DNA from: Candidatus Omnitrophota bacterium
GTDB taxonomy: Bacteria; Omnitrophota; Gorgyraeia; Zapsychrales; Fredricksoniimonadaceae
Reading direction: 5' to 3'
DNA: 64,000 bases
NCBI GenBank assembly: GCA_015233335.1
Contig: JADFXX010000002.1
Span: 64,891-128,890 of the forward strand
The notes under the pieces were generated by a model. That model saw only the letters and a list, made by a program, of their open reading frames with translations. It ran no database searches and was not told the origin of the DNA. Shown piece by piece: positions 29,416-38,013 of this stretch. How positions within the stretch are numbered: position 1 is the stretch's first letter; each line of letters opens with the position of its first letter. Made by a program: the position numbers and the translations under genes.

Positions 29416-29443
29416 AGTATAACACGCCATCAAATGTTGTCAA
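29416..29443 (-). promoter_or_regulatory. Sigma70-type promoter with extended -10 for the major pilin gene
   Basis: The minus strand reads atatTTGACAacatttgatggcgTGtTATACTtaacg, with a 16-nt spacer. A 5'UTR of about 45 nt ends in AAAGGAG before the ATG. Confidence 0.6.
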
Positions 29444-29462
29444 ATATTAGAGAAAATTTCTT

Positions 29463-30704
29463 TTAGTGCCCGGCACCCTGACCCAGCTTGAATAAAGGCA
29501 TAAAAATAGCCACTACAATGGTCCCTATGATACCTGCCATGAAAACCAAGATGAACGGCTCGATCAAGGAGCTGATACGCTTCATAAAGGCCTCCACATT
29601 GCTCTGATAAAAATCAGCCACATGATGAAGCATTTTGCCCAAGTCCCCTGTCTCCTCCCCCACCTTGATCATCTGCACGCACATGATAGGGAAAAAACTC
29701 TCTTCCATCAAGGCATCCGCCATACCTGTCCCTTCGCGCACCCTCTCACGCACCTGTGCTATCACCAAAGCACAATTCTTGTTATCCACCATCTTTTCTG
29801 AAATTTCCAAAGAGTATAAAAGAGGCACCCCGCTTTCGATCAGGATCGCCATCTGGCCTGTAAATCGTTCAACAACTATCAGTTTGGTAATTTCCCCCAC
29901 TACCGGAAGTGAAAATAAGAAATTTTCATAGTTCAAACGGCCGAAAGGAGTTGAAATATAATATCTTATAATAAAGACTATTCCAACTACTCCGCCAACA
30001 AGAAAAAAGAAATATTGTTTGATAAAATCAAAAGTATTCAAAAGGCATCGGGTCAACAAAGGCAGTTGGACGTGCATGGATTCAAAAATCGCCTGAAATC
30101 TCGGCCCCACGACCAGAGCAAAAAATATGATGGCCCCGATACAGACCACGCAAAGGATGGCCGGATAAACCATCGCCGAAACAATGGCGGAACGAAAAGC
30201 AGCGTCTTTTTCCACATGATCAGCCAGTTTGTTGAGCACTCTTGGCATAGTACCGGAAGCTTCCCCCACTTCAGACAAGCTGACCCAAAACTGATTAAAT
30301 ATTTGAGGGTGCTTGTTAAGCGCCACGCTTAACGAGGCCCCATGCTCAATATCATCATGGACATCCTTAGCGGCCAGATATAACCGCCTGCTCTGAATTT
30401 GGGAAATAATGATGTTTAAACTTCTCAACATCGTAACCCCGGCTTCAAGCATGGTTGCCATTTGGCGGGAAAAAACCAGAAGATCTTCCAGTTTCACATT
30501 ATCATGGTCAAATCGGGTTTCTCTTTCTTTTTTTTCACCTTTGGAAGAAACTTTCTGGACAGCCAAACGAACATCAAGAACAAAAAGTCCGTCTTTTTGT
30601 AATTTATCAACCAAAACCTGCTCATTGAGGGACTCAATCATCCCCGTTTTGGTCTTTCCTGTATTATCTTTAGCTGTATAAGAAAACATCGGCATAGGAA
30701 TCAA
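29463..30704 (-). CDS. pilC: Type IV pilus / T2SS inner-membrane platform protein (GspF/PilC family)
   Basis: 413 aa. Two T2SSF-type repeats and three or more TM helices. Overlaps the ATPase gene by 4 nt. Confidence 0.9.
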   Translation of the reverse strand: MIPMPMFSYTAKDNTGKTKTGMIESLNEQVLVDKLQKDGLFVLDVRLAVQKVSSKGEKKERETRFDHDNVKLEDLLVFSRQMATMLEAGVTMLRSLNIIISQIQSRRLYLAAKDVHDDIEHGASLSVALNKHPQIFNQFWVSLSEVGEASGTMPRVLNKLADHVEKDAAFRSAIVSAMVYPAILCVVCIGAIIFFALVVGPRFQAIFESMHVQLPLLTRCLLNTFDFIKQYFFFLVGGVVGIVFIIRYYISTPFGRLNYENFLFSLPVVGEITKLIVVERFTGQMAILIESGVPLLYSLEISEKMVDNKNCALVIAQVRERVREGTGMADALMEESFFPIMCVQMIKVGEETGDLGKMLHHVADFYQSNVEAFMKRISSLIEPFILVFMAGIIGTIVVAIFMPLFKLGQGAGH

Positions 30705-32446
30705 CCCTCCACTGTTGTCACACCCAATACCTCGTCAACACTGACCATCCCGGTCTCCACTTTCTTCATGCCCGACTCAAAAAGTGTGTCCATGCCATTG
30801 CGTCTTGCCGCATCCCTGATCTCGCCATAGTTGGCGCTTTGTGTAATCAAATTACGGATCTCATCATTGATCGCCATGACCTCAGACACAACCACACGGC
30901 CTTTAAAACCGGTATGGTTGCACTCATCACAGCCTTTGGCGCGATAGATCAAATCGCTTTTGATCTTGTAACCTCCCACCACTTGGCCCTGAGCTTCATA
31001 AGGTTCTTTGCATTTAGGGCAAAGCTTCCGGGCCAAGCGTTGAGCAACCACCATCACCAAAGACGGTGTTATCATATAGTGAGGCACTCCAATATCGATC
31101 AAACGCGATAGCGCAGAAGGGGCATCATTGGTATGCAGTGTAGATAAAACAAGATGGCCCGTCAAAGCCGCCCGTATACAAATCTGGGCAGTTTCAAGAT
31201 CGCGAACTTCACCCACCATGATAATGTCCGGATCCTGACGTAAAAAAGCGCGCAGGGCCGTCGCAAAAGTGAGTCCAATATCCGTACGCACAGCAACCTG
31301 ATTGACCCCATCAAGTTTAAATTCTACCGGATCTTCACAGGTCATGACGTTGAGGCTCGGATCAAACACCTCATTCAAACAGGAATATAAAGTCGTTGAT
31401 TTACCGCTTCCGGTCGGACCTGTGACAAAAAATAAACCAAACGAACTGTCAAGGGCCTTGCGGATGGCCTCAAGCTGTTTGGGCTCATAACCCAAATTGG
31501 CCAACTCTAGCTTGACCGAGCCCTTATCCAAAAGACGCATGACGACCTTTTCTCCCCACACCGTCGGTATAGTGGACACACGTAAATCCACCACACGGTC
31601 CTCCAGTTTGGCAGAAATCGCTCCATCCTGCGGTAGACGCTTTTCCGCGATATCCATTTTAGAAAGAATCTTGATGCGAGAAACAATAGGAAGATGCAAA
31701 TGCGCCGCCGGAGGAGGTATTTGATATAAAACCCCGTCAATACGGTAACGGATCTCCAGCCTGTCTTTAAAAGGCTCTATATGGATATCACTGGCCCTCT
31801 CATCAATGGCCTGACGGATAACCAGATCAACAAGCTTGACAACAGGCGCTTCCTCGGCCTTGGCAATTAAGCGGTCTATGCTTAATTCCGAATCAGCAGT
31901 CACTCCTTTGTCTTCCACTTTAGGACCAAGGTTCCCGTCTGCATAACTTTTCTGCAAGGCCTGGTCCAAAAGTGTGCCGCCTTCCCTTTCTGCGGCGTTA
32001 AGACCTGTCACATAAAACTCAGTAATCGCCTTAAGCAGATCTGTTTTTGTGGCAAGGATCAGGTTTAAATCGCATCCCGTTAAAATTTTTAAATTATCAA
32101 AAACAAAAAAATCCAGAGGATCAAATATGGCGCAAGTTAAGGAGTGATGATTTTTAGATAGCGGAAGGACTAAATTCTTTTTGGCAAATTCATAATCTAC
32201 TAATTTTTCTAAGCTCTGGTCTGTTTTAGGATTAAGGAGGCCTGAGGCGTAGGACGCATAAGGGATCGACAGCTGGGAACCTAAAGCAATGGAAAAATCC
32301 GCTTCAGTGACCATTCCTTTTTCAATTAAAATTTCACCGATACGTTTTCCCTTTTGCTGCTTTTGAAGATTGATCGCTTCTTGTAATTGACTCTCACTAA
32401 TGAGTCCCTGCTTGATTAAAATTTCACCGATTCTGACACGTGCCAT
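30701..32446 (-). CDS. pilB: Type IV pilus assembly / T2SS ATPase (GspE/PilB family) with N-terminal MshEN-like domain
   Basis: 581 aa. Walker A GPTGSGKST, Asp/His boxes and a tetracysteine CPKC...CDEC. N-terminal tandem RIGEILIxxG...Q motifs. Confidence 0.92.
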   Translation of the reverse strand: MARVRIGEILIKQGLISESQLQEAINLQKQQKGKRIGEILIEKGMVTEADFSIALGSQLSIPYASYASGLLNPKTDQSLEKLVDYEFAKKNLVLPLSKNHHSLTCAIFDPLDFFVFDNLKILTGCDLNLILATKTDLLKAITEFYVTGLNAAEREGGTLLDQALQKSYADGNLGPKVEDKGVTADSELSIDRLIAKAEEAPVVKLVDLVIRQAIDERASDIHIEPFKDRLEIRYRIDGVLYQIPPPAAHLHLPIVSRIKILSKMDIAEKRLPQDGAISAKLEDRVVDLRVSTIPTVWGEKVVMRLLDKGSVKLELANLGYEPKQLEAIRKALDSSFGLFFVTGPTGSGKSTTLYSCLNEVFDPSLNVMTCEDPVEFKLDGVNQVAVRTDIGLTFATALRAFLRQDPDIIMVGEVRDLETAQICIRAALTGHLVLSTLHTNDAPSALSRLIDIGVPHYMITPSLVMVVAQRLARKLCPKCKEPYEAQGQVVGGYKIKSDLIYRAKGCDECNHTGFKGRVVVSEVMAINDEIRNLITQSANYGEIRDAARRNGMDTLFESGMKKVETGMVSVDEVLGVTTVEG

Positions 32447-32449
32447 AGG

Positions 32450-34123
32450 TCAATGTCTTTTCAATTCATAAGAATTCAAGGTTTGATCCACCTCTTCAAT
32501 GCGCCCGACGGTGTCTGTCATGCTAAGGGGAGCCTCTTGCTTTAAATTGTCCGCTTTCAGAATATCCTGATTGTGGTCACTGAGAATATGAGGAGTAATA
32601 AAAATAATCAGTTCTCGTTCATTTTTTGTGCTGTTCTTATTACGGAACGCCGTCCCGACTATAGGCAAATCTCCTAAAAAAGGGACCTTTGTTATGGTCT
32701 TGGTATCCTGAACCCGCAATAATCCTCCCATCACCATGGTCTGGCCATCTTTAAGCTTCAATATGGAAAGAGAACCGCGCTCCTCCGGGTCATAGATCTG
32801 TGTTCCAGCCCCGGTCGTGGCTCCGGTTGCCGGCGGCTGGACCAAAGACAAGCCTACATCAACGATCTTAGGATAAACAGCCATAGTTATTTCCTCTGTC
32901 GAAAGATTGGCCTGAGGAGTAACGGTTAAAACCACGCCTGTTTGATACCGTTCCGGGGCATAGGTTGTTGTAGTTATGCCATTTGCTGTCGATGAAGTCA
33001 CATCAACGCTGATGGCCTGTTGAGTAGCTATTTCAATTTGCGCCGTCTCGTTATTTAAAGTCAAAAGTCTTGGACGCGCCAAATTGTGTGTATCGCTTTG
33101 GGTCCTTAAAAATTGTAGTTGCGCTGTCATCCCCGCAGCGCTGATAACGCCAGGGAGATACTCAGCAGTCGCTGTGCTGGAACCGCCGGAACTGCTGGAG
33201 CTACTACTACTGCTAGAGCTAGAAGAACTTGATGAGGGTAAATCTAATGGATTGGCCTTACTTAAAGGGTAAAGGGTATTTTTCGAGGCGCCCGTAAAAG
33301 TCAAAGGTGTACTGCCAAACTTTATCCCCAACTGATCCGCGGTAGTCTTAGAAATATCAAGCATTTCCACCTCAATAAGAATTTGCGGCACAGGCACATC
33401 AAGCTTGGCGATTGTATTTTCAATGATCTCAAATTGCTGGGGCACATCCGTTATGATCAAACTGTTCGTACGGGGATCCTCCATCAGTTTGCCCTGTTTG
33501 GATAAAGAATCTGTGACCGCATCCTCCAGCCCCCCCGAAGATGGCGTTGAAGCACCTCCGGTCGATGAACCCGACGCTGAACCTGCTGAGCCTGACGAAC
33601 CTGATGATCCTGACGAGCCTGATGATCCTGACGAACCCGAACCCGATGATGATTGGGTCGCAATAGAAAAAGTGGACTTTAATTTTGAGGAAGAAACAGT
33701 CGCGTATTTAAGCTGATAAACTCTTGTGATTCTATAAACCTCTCCCTCTTTAGTTTTAGCCTTGACCACAAAAACATTGCTGTCCTTCTGCATTTCATAA
33801 GTCAGGTCGTTAGCATCCAATATCTCTTTTAGAGCTTCATTGACCGGAACACTGTTAAGAAAAAGAGTGACCTTGCGGTCCGCAACGTCCGAGGACGCTA
33901 GAAAATTCAAGGACGCTTGCTTGGAAAAAACTTTTAAGACGTTGGTCAATGAAGCTTCCTTAAAATCCATGGAAATAAGCTTGTCAGAATATTCAGGAGA
34001 AATAAAATGATCTTCAATGTTCTGGCCGGACCAAGCCCCCATGTTCACTAAGAAAAAAAGGGCCCCACAAATCCCTATTGTCCTCAAAAGTTTAAACATG
34101 CTTGTCTCCATTAATCGTCGCAT
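32450..34123 (-). CDS. pilQ: Secretin (PilQ/GspD family) with Ser/Gly low-complexity linkers
   Basis: 557 aa. C-terminal secretin signature VPFLGDLPIVGTAFRNK...RELIIFITPHIL and N0/STN-like ISMDFKEASLTNVLKVF. The likely start is the ATG at 34099 (GGAGA SD), which gives signal peptide MFKLLRTIGICGALFF. Confidence 0.88.
   Translation of the reverse strand: MRRLMETSMFKLLRTIGICGALFFLVNMGAWSGQNIEDHFISPEYSDKLISMDFKEASLTNVLKVFSKQASLNFLASSDVADRKVTLFLNSVPVNEALKEILDANDLTYEMQKDSNVFVVKAKTKEGEVYRITRVYQLKYATVSSSKLKSTFSIATQSSSGSGSSGSSGSSGSSGSSGSAGSASGSSTGGASTPSSGGLEDAVTDSLSKQGKLMEDPRTNSLIITDVPQQFEIIENTIAKLDVPVPQILIEVEMLDISKTTADQLGIKFGSTPLTFTGASKNTLYPLSKANPLDLPSSSSSSSSSSSSSSSSGGSSTATAEYLPGVISAAGMTAQLQFLRTQSDTHNLARPRLLTLNNETAQIEIATQQAISVDVTSSTANGITTTTYAPERYQTGVVLTVTPQANLSTEEITMAVYPKIVDVGLSLVQPPATGATTGAGTQIYDPEERGSLSILKLKDGQTMVMGGLLRVQDTKTITKVPFLGDLPIVGTAFRNKNSTKNERELIIFITPHILSDHNQDILKADNLKQEAPLSMTDTVGRIEEVDQTLNSYELKRH
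33176..33235 (-). repeat. Poly-serine tract (16 Ser, then GGSS) inside the secretin gene
   Basis: Encodes PSSSSSSSSSSSSSSSSGGSS using mixed AGC/AGT/TCT/TCA codons. Confidence 0.85.
33530..33652 (-). repeat. In-frame (Ser-Ser-Gly)n-type tandem repeat inside the secretin gene
   Basis: Encodes SSSGSGSSGSSGSSGSSGSSGSAGSASGSSTGGASTPSSGG. The plus-strand DNA shows reiterated cctga(c/t)ga(a/g)cc units. Confidence 0.85.
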
Positions 34124-34142
34124 ATGAACCGGGCTTAAAAAT

Positions 34143-34568
34143 CTACTCTGTTTTTAAGAAAAACTTTTTCCCCTTAAAAAGGAGTCCGACTCCTTCTTTA
34201 GAAACGGAAACAACTCGGGCCCCCTTGATCGTCCCTTGCAGAGGGACTAGCTGATCATCAATAATCGCCTGGCCCATTTCTTCCCCCACAACGACACCCT
34301 GCAGCTTGAGATCAGGAAGGGTTATAATCTCCTCTTCCGGTTGAACCGCAACGGGTTCGGCTACCGGCTGGGGCACCTCTTGAGACGGCTCAGGCGGTTT
34401 TACAACCGGTTGAGCAGGTGCCGGGGGCTTGGGCAAATCAGCCACAAACGGATTTTTTAGCTGATCCAATGCCGTATTAAACTCCCCATCGCTTAAAGCG
34501 GTCTCTTGGGCCTTTATAGAAACTATACCTACAAAAAATAAAATAATCAAAAAAAATATTTTTTTCAT
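34143..34568 (-). CDS. PilP-like pilus assembly protein (secreted, Pro-rich linker)
   Basis: 141 aa. Signal peptide, a PKPPAPAQPVVKPPEP linker, and a C-terminal beta domain LKLQGVVVGE..AIIDDQLV..G..I.GARVVSV resembling PilP/GspC-HR. Overlaps pilO-like by 4 nt. Confidence 0.6.
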   Translation of the reverse strand: MKKIFFLIILFFVGIVSIKAQETALSDGEFNTALDQLKNPFVADLPKPPAPAQPVVKPPEPSQEVPQPVAEPVAVQPEEEIITLPDLKLQGVVVGEEMGQAIIDDQLVPLQGTIKGARVVSVSKEGVGLLFKGKKFFLKTE

Positions 34569-35122
34569 GAATGAAGATGAGCCACGCTAATTTTCATCGA
34601 AAAGCTTAATTCTGTATCCCCTTGGGCCGAACATGAATTTACCCTAAAAAGATAGGGGGATTTTTCTATATCTCTTATAAAAAGGACCAACGCTTTATAG
34701 TCGGGCGCTGTACCCTTAAAATCGACATTAATAACATCATACAACCCCATGTCCTGGGTGTCTGTCGGAGAAAAAGAACTGATAGACAAATTATGCGCTG
34801 TCGCATAAACCGTGATTTGGGTAATAATTTTATCTTCATCAATACCTTTGGGAAAAGAAGCCTTAAAATCCTCCAGCTCCTTCGTTATCTTCTGCTGGGC
34901 GGTAATAGCATCAAGCTTCTGTTGCATTTGAGAGATCCGGGAGCGTAAACCCTGCTCCTTGGAATGGTTATCGTTAAACATAATTCCCGCAACAACCAGT
35001 GCGACGACAATCACGGCTGACTTTAAAACGACATGAAGATTCTCAGTCAGGGCCTGGATAATCTGATCAGTGTCCATGCTTTTAAGATCAGCCGGTAAAT
35101 TTGACTTCTTAGGATCGCTCAT
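34565..35122 (-). CDS. PilO-like bitopic pilus assembly protein
   Basis: 185 aa. Single TM helix (AVIVVALVVAGIMF), a coiled-coil segment, then a small alpha/beta domain. Sits between pilM/N and pilP-like. Confidence 0.6.
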   Translation of the reverse strand: MSDPKKSNLPADLKSMDTDQIIQALTENLHVVLKSAVIVVALVVAGIMFNDNHSKEQGLRSRISQMQQKLDAITAQQKITKELEDFKASFPKGIDEDKIITQITVYATAHNLSISSFSPTDTQDMGLYDVINVDFKGTAPDYKALVLFIRDIEKSPYLFRVNSCSAQGDTELSFSMKISVAHLHS

Positions 35123-35126
35123 AATC

Positions 35127-36656
35127 TCATGAACCGTTGATAATAAATGAAGTTACGTCCCGATCGTTAACCTTATTGCGCGTTAAAGGGCCAAGCTTCA
35201 CATTGCTAAAAATCCCTGACAACACTTTGTCACTCTTAAAGCTCGACACTATGCCGTAGACTGCTGTTATTTGCTCACTGATATCATCCTTAAAAACGTA
35301 CCCTTCTAGGTCGATGGTCGCATGAATGCTTTTTAAATCACTTCCTTCATATTTTATTTCTACATTCCTCAACCATGCGCCTTGCGGCAAAAGGGAAGCG
35401 GCTTTGAGCAAAATAAGAGCCGCATCACTTTTGACTGGGATACTCTTATAATTTGAAAGTTTATCCGTATAGTCCTGGGTTTGAGATTGTATGGTATCCA
35501 CGGGAGTCCCCAAAAATATCCCCTGCTGGTGAGCCAATCCATCATATTTCTTCTGCATATTGTTTAATTCTGTCTGAAAGTAAAAAAATACGCCGACTAA
35601 GAAAATCGCACTAACGAACAATGTCAATAAAATGTCCTTATATTCGTTAACCACTAAATCGAAAATCTTCTTAATCTCCGAATCAGATGATTTTTCTGCA
35701 AGAAAATTAAAGGCGGAAAGAGAATGAGCAGGCACATCAACCCCCGCACCAAGGGCATAAACGGCATCAATATGATTGATCTGATCTGTCCCGACTGTAG
35801 TGACTAAAGGAGAAAATTTCTTGATCTTCACCTTAAACTCCCCTGCCATCGTATCCAATAATTCCTGTAAATCAAAGAAAGATGAAACAATCATCTGCTC
35901 CATTCTTTCCCCGTTAAATTGCCTGGCATAAAAATCAAAAGAAATCCCAACTTCGTTGAGGATCTTCGCATTTAAAGATTCAATGCTATCGTTCGTCTGC
36001 CCGGAAGCCCCGGAGGTTGTGATCTGAAACTCACGGACAAACTGAGGGATCCCTCGATCTACAAAACAAATGTAACTTGAGCTCTTGTCCAAATATAAAA
36101 ATACAAAACGATCGGTCAGCTTGATCTCTTTCTTATACAACAAAGCACGGACCAGGCTCACCTGGCAGGGACCGCAGAAAAGGACCTTCACATTCTGCTG
36201 CTGAAAAATTCTTTCATAGCGCGCCAAAACCTCTTTGCGAACGGCAAAAAAGATGACCCGGATACGCTTGACTTGATTTTCCGTGAAAGGAAAGGTAGAA
36301 GTAACAAAAGAAATGTCCTGAATTTCAAAAGGCACATATTTTTTAGCTTCAAATTTGATCACGTTTTGAAGTTCACGGGGATTAACCCAGGGAATGCTAA
36401 AAGAACGTAAAATGATGTCCTTCATGGGCAAAGAAACACAAAAATCAGAACTTTTTATCCCATAATCCTTTAATATTTTTTGAAGAAGTGCGGTTATTTG
36501 TATTTCTTCGGTCAGACCGGAACTAAATGGGGAATTGGTATCGCCTTTTGCGCCTAATAACGCAGAAACAACTTGAACAGACGTATTCTTTTCTAACTCA
36601 ATGATTGTTAACTTTTCTTCACCACAATAAAAACCTATTTTTTTTGACTGGGACAT
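35127..36656 (-). CDS. pilM: Fused PilM (actin-like ATPase fold) / PilN-like assembly protein
   Basis: 509 aa. A cytoplasmic PilM-like region of about 330 aa, TM helix ILLTLFVSAIFLVGVFFYF, then a periplasmic region of about 150 aa. First gene after the 103-nt promoter gap. Confidence 0.7.
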   Translation of the reverse strand: MSQSKKIGFYCGEEKLTIIELEKNTSVQVVSALLGAKGDTNSPFSSGLTEEIQITALLQKILKDYGIKSSDFCVSLPMKDIILRSFSIPWVNPRELQNVIKFEAKKYVPFEIQDISFVTSTFPFTENQVKRIRVIFFAVRKEVLARYERIFQQQNVKVLFCGPCQVSLVRALLYKKEIKLTDRFVFLYLDKSSSYICFVDRGIPQFVREFQITTSGASGQTNDSIESLNAKILNEVGISFDFYARQFNGERMEQMIVSSFFDLQELLDTMAGEFKVKIKKFSPLVTTVGTDQINHIDAVYALGAGVDVPAHSLSAFNFLAEKSSDSEIKKIFDLVVNEYKDILLTLFVSAIFLVGVFFYFQTELNNMQKKYDGLAHQQGIFLGTPVDTIQSQTQDYTDKLSNYKSIPVKSDAALILLKAASLLPQGAWLRNVEIKYEGSDLKSIHATIDLEGYVFKDDISEQITAVYGIVSSFKSDKVLSGIFSNVKLGPLTRNKVNDRDVTSFIINGS

Positions 36657-36715
36657 AAATAGCTGTTCTTATGAAAGAGTACGCTTTAAATGATATAATT
36701 TAATAAAGTATTTTT

Positions 36716-36744
36716 ATTAGACAACACAGATGGAGGATTGTCAA
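36716..36744 (-). promoter_or_regulatory. Candidate sigma70 promoter for pilM/N-O-P-Q-B-C
   Basis: The minus strand reads cgTTGACAatcctccatctgtgttgTCTAATaaaaa, with a 17-nt spacer. It lies in the only sizeable gap (36657-36759) of this region. Confidence 0.45.
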
Positions 36745-36759
36745 CGTGTTTTAAAGAAA

Positions 36760-37095
36760 TTACTGGAAAGAATCGTAGGTTGAGGTCATCGTATAAAGAT
36801 GACCTGCAGGAACGGCACCGCCTTGGGCCACCGCTGCCTGATAGGTCCGAAACTGCTCGGTTTGACTGATAGCGGCAGCCTGCAAACCAGCCGTAGAAGA
36901 ATATCCGTTCCAAAACATACCATCAGCCAGCTCTTGGGAGGAAATTTCATCGATCTGCTGCTGTGCAAAATTGATCTCATTCATGCTTTGGGACAAAATA
37001 CTGGCACTGATGATCATAATGATAATAGAAGTCATTAGTACAGTAAAAAGCACCACACCGGATTCATTATTGAGTTTCTTTAATGGTCGGAACAT
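36760..37095 (-). CDS. PilX_N/GspK-like pseudopilin lacking Glu5
   Basis: 111 aa. N-terminus KKLNNESG|VVLFTVLMTSIIIMIISASIL resembles a prepilin hydrophobic helix but has Thr at +5. Confidence 0.5.
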   Translation of the reverse strand: MFRPLKKLNNESGVVLFTVLMTSIIIMIISASILSQSMNEINFAQQQIDEISSQELADGMFWNGYSSTAGLQAAAISQTEQFRTYQAAVAQGGAVPAGHLYTMTSTYDSFQ

Positions 37096-37109
37096 AGTGC
37101 TCCTTTAGC

Positions 37110-37331
37110 TCAATTCTGGTAACTGCCACAGCGCGGACAGCAACACGGCGTCTTTTTAAAATAATCAAAATACAACAGTCCGCAAAAAGCACATTGCCTG
37201 AAGGATTCCCGGCTGCTTGGAGTCCCCTCCTGGCCTCTGTTCATAGTATAAAACATCCAGGCCCCAATCACAAGCCCTAGACTTAAAGATATTCCAAATG
37301 CCACAATGACATTAAAATCCCAAATAATCAT
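37110..37331 (-). CDS. Small membrane protein with C-terminal zinc-ribbon-like CxxC...CPRC
   Basis: 73 aa. One TM helix (VIVAFGISLSLGLVIGAWMF), then CAFC-x13-CCCPRC. Gaps to neighbours are 4 and 14 nt. Confidence 0.5.
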   Translation of the reverse strand: MIIWDFNVIVAFGISLSLGLVIGAWMFYTMNRGQEGTPSSRESFRQCAFCGLLYFDYFKKTPCCCPRCGSYQN

Positions 37332-37335
37332 AACA

Positions 37336-37608
37336 TTATGATTTTGAAGGGTTTCTTAACTCAATCCAGCGGTTAAAATAAGAGGCCTCAAAGTGATCAA
37401 ATAAAACCTGATCCAAAGTCTTTAAATCTTCTCCCACACTGGAGATACCATTGTTGCTGCCTTGGGATAGGGGAAGTGCCCCCTCATAAATAAATGTCGC
37501 AGCACTTCTCGCTTGAGGCACAGGAAACCCAACCCAAATGACACTTAATAACCCAAAGTGTACCAATATTACGGCTATAAATATCCTAACCCCTAATTTT
37601 ACATTCAT
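37336..37608 (-). CDS. Small N-terminally anchored membrane protein (possible TonB/TolA-anchor analogue without a C-terminal domain)
   Basis: 90 aa. TM helix IFIAVILVHFGLLSVIWVGF. Lies 6 nt after exbD, in the position where tonB/tolA normally sits. Confidence 0.45.
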   Translation of the reverse strand: MNVKLGVRIFIAVILVHFGLLSVIWVGFPVPQARSAATFIYEGALPLSQGSNNGISSVGEDLKTLDQVLFDHFEASYFNRWIELRNPSKS

Positions 37609-37614
37609 AATAAA

Positions 37615-38013
37615 TTAAAGAATCGTGCTGACATGGACTGTTGCGTTCGAAATTCCCTTACATAAATCAAGAATATCCGCTAATCGTCCCATAGAAGAAT
37701 GGCGGTCCGCTTTGACCATTATTGCATGGGACCTCAAATCCCTACGGGCTAAAAAACGCCTGAGTTCGTTTAAGGTCACGACCTTGCCGTCAATATAAAG
37801 AACATTCTCACTGGTAATAACAATTTCGACCTGCTGTCCAGATGGGCTCGTGTCTTCTCTAAAAGTTGGAAAATTGATCGCAACGCCGGAAGGGACAGCA
37901 AAAACCGTTGTTGACATAACTAAAACCACGATCATTAAAATAAAATTGATAAAGCTGATCGCTAATAGCGGATGGATAATATTTTTCTTAAGCTCAAAAC
38001 GTTCAAGACTCAT
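37615..38013 (-). CDS. exbD: Biopolymer transport protein ExbD/TolR
   Basis: 132 aa. N-terminal TM helix and a periplasmic domain V.I....LYIDGK.V.L.EL...L typical of ExbD/TolR. Overlaps exbB by 4 nt. Confidence 0.85.
   Translation of the reverse strand: MSLERFELKKNIIHPLLAISFINFILMIVVLVMSTTVFAVPSGVAINFPTFREDTSPSGQQVEIVITSENVLYIDGKVVTLNELRRFLARRDLRSHAIMVKADRHSSMGRLADILDLCKGISNATVHVSTIL

Noticed and set aside
33405-33716. A plus-strand ORF encoding an acidic DEPD/DDPDEP repeat protein
   Set aside because: It is the antisense reading of the Ser/Gly repeat inside the secretin gene. The repeat is explained by the minus-strand CDS.
36691-36699. A plus-strand TGATATAAT (extended -10) that could drive an antisense transcript into the PilX-like/exbD genes
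   Set aside because: It is a single hexamer match in an AT-rich intergenic region, with no -35 element and no plus-strand gene downstream. It is probably fortuitous.
36686-36980. Alternative-frame minus-strand ORFs (36686-36913 and 36786-36980) overlapping the 111-aa PilX-like ORF
   Set aside because: They lack an N-terminal hydrophobic helix and a sensible start context. The 36760-37095 frame has the pilin-like N-terminus and fits the tight operon spacing.
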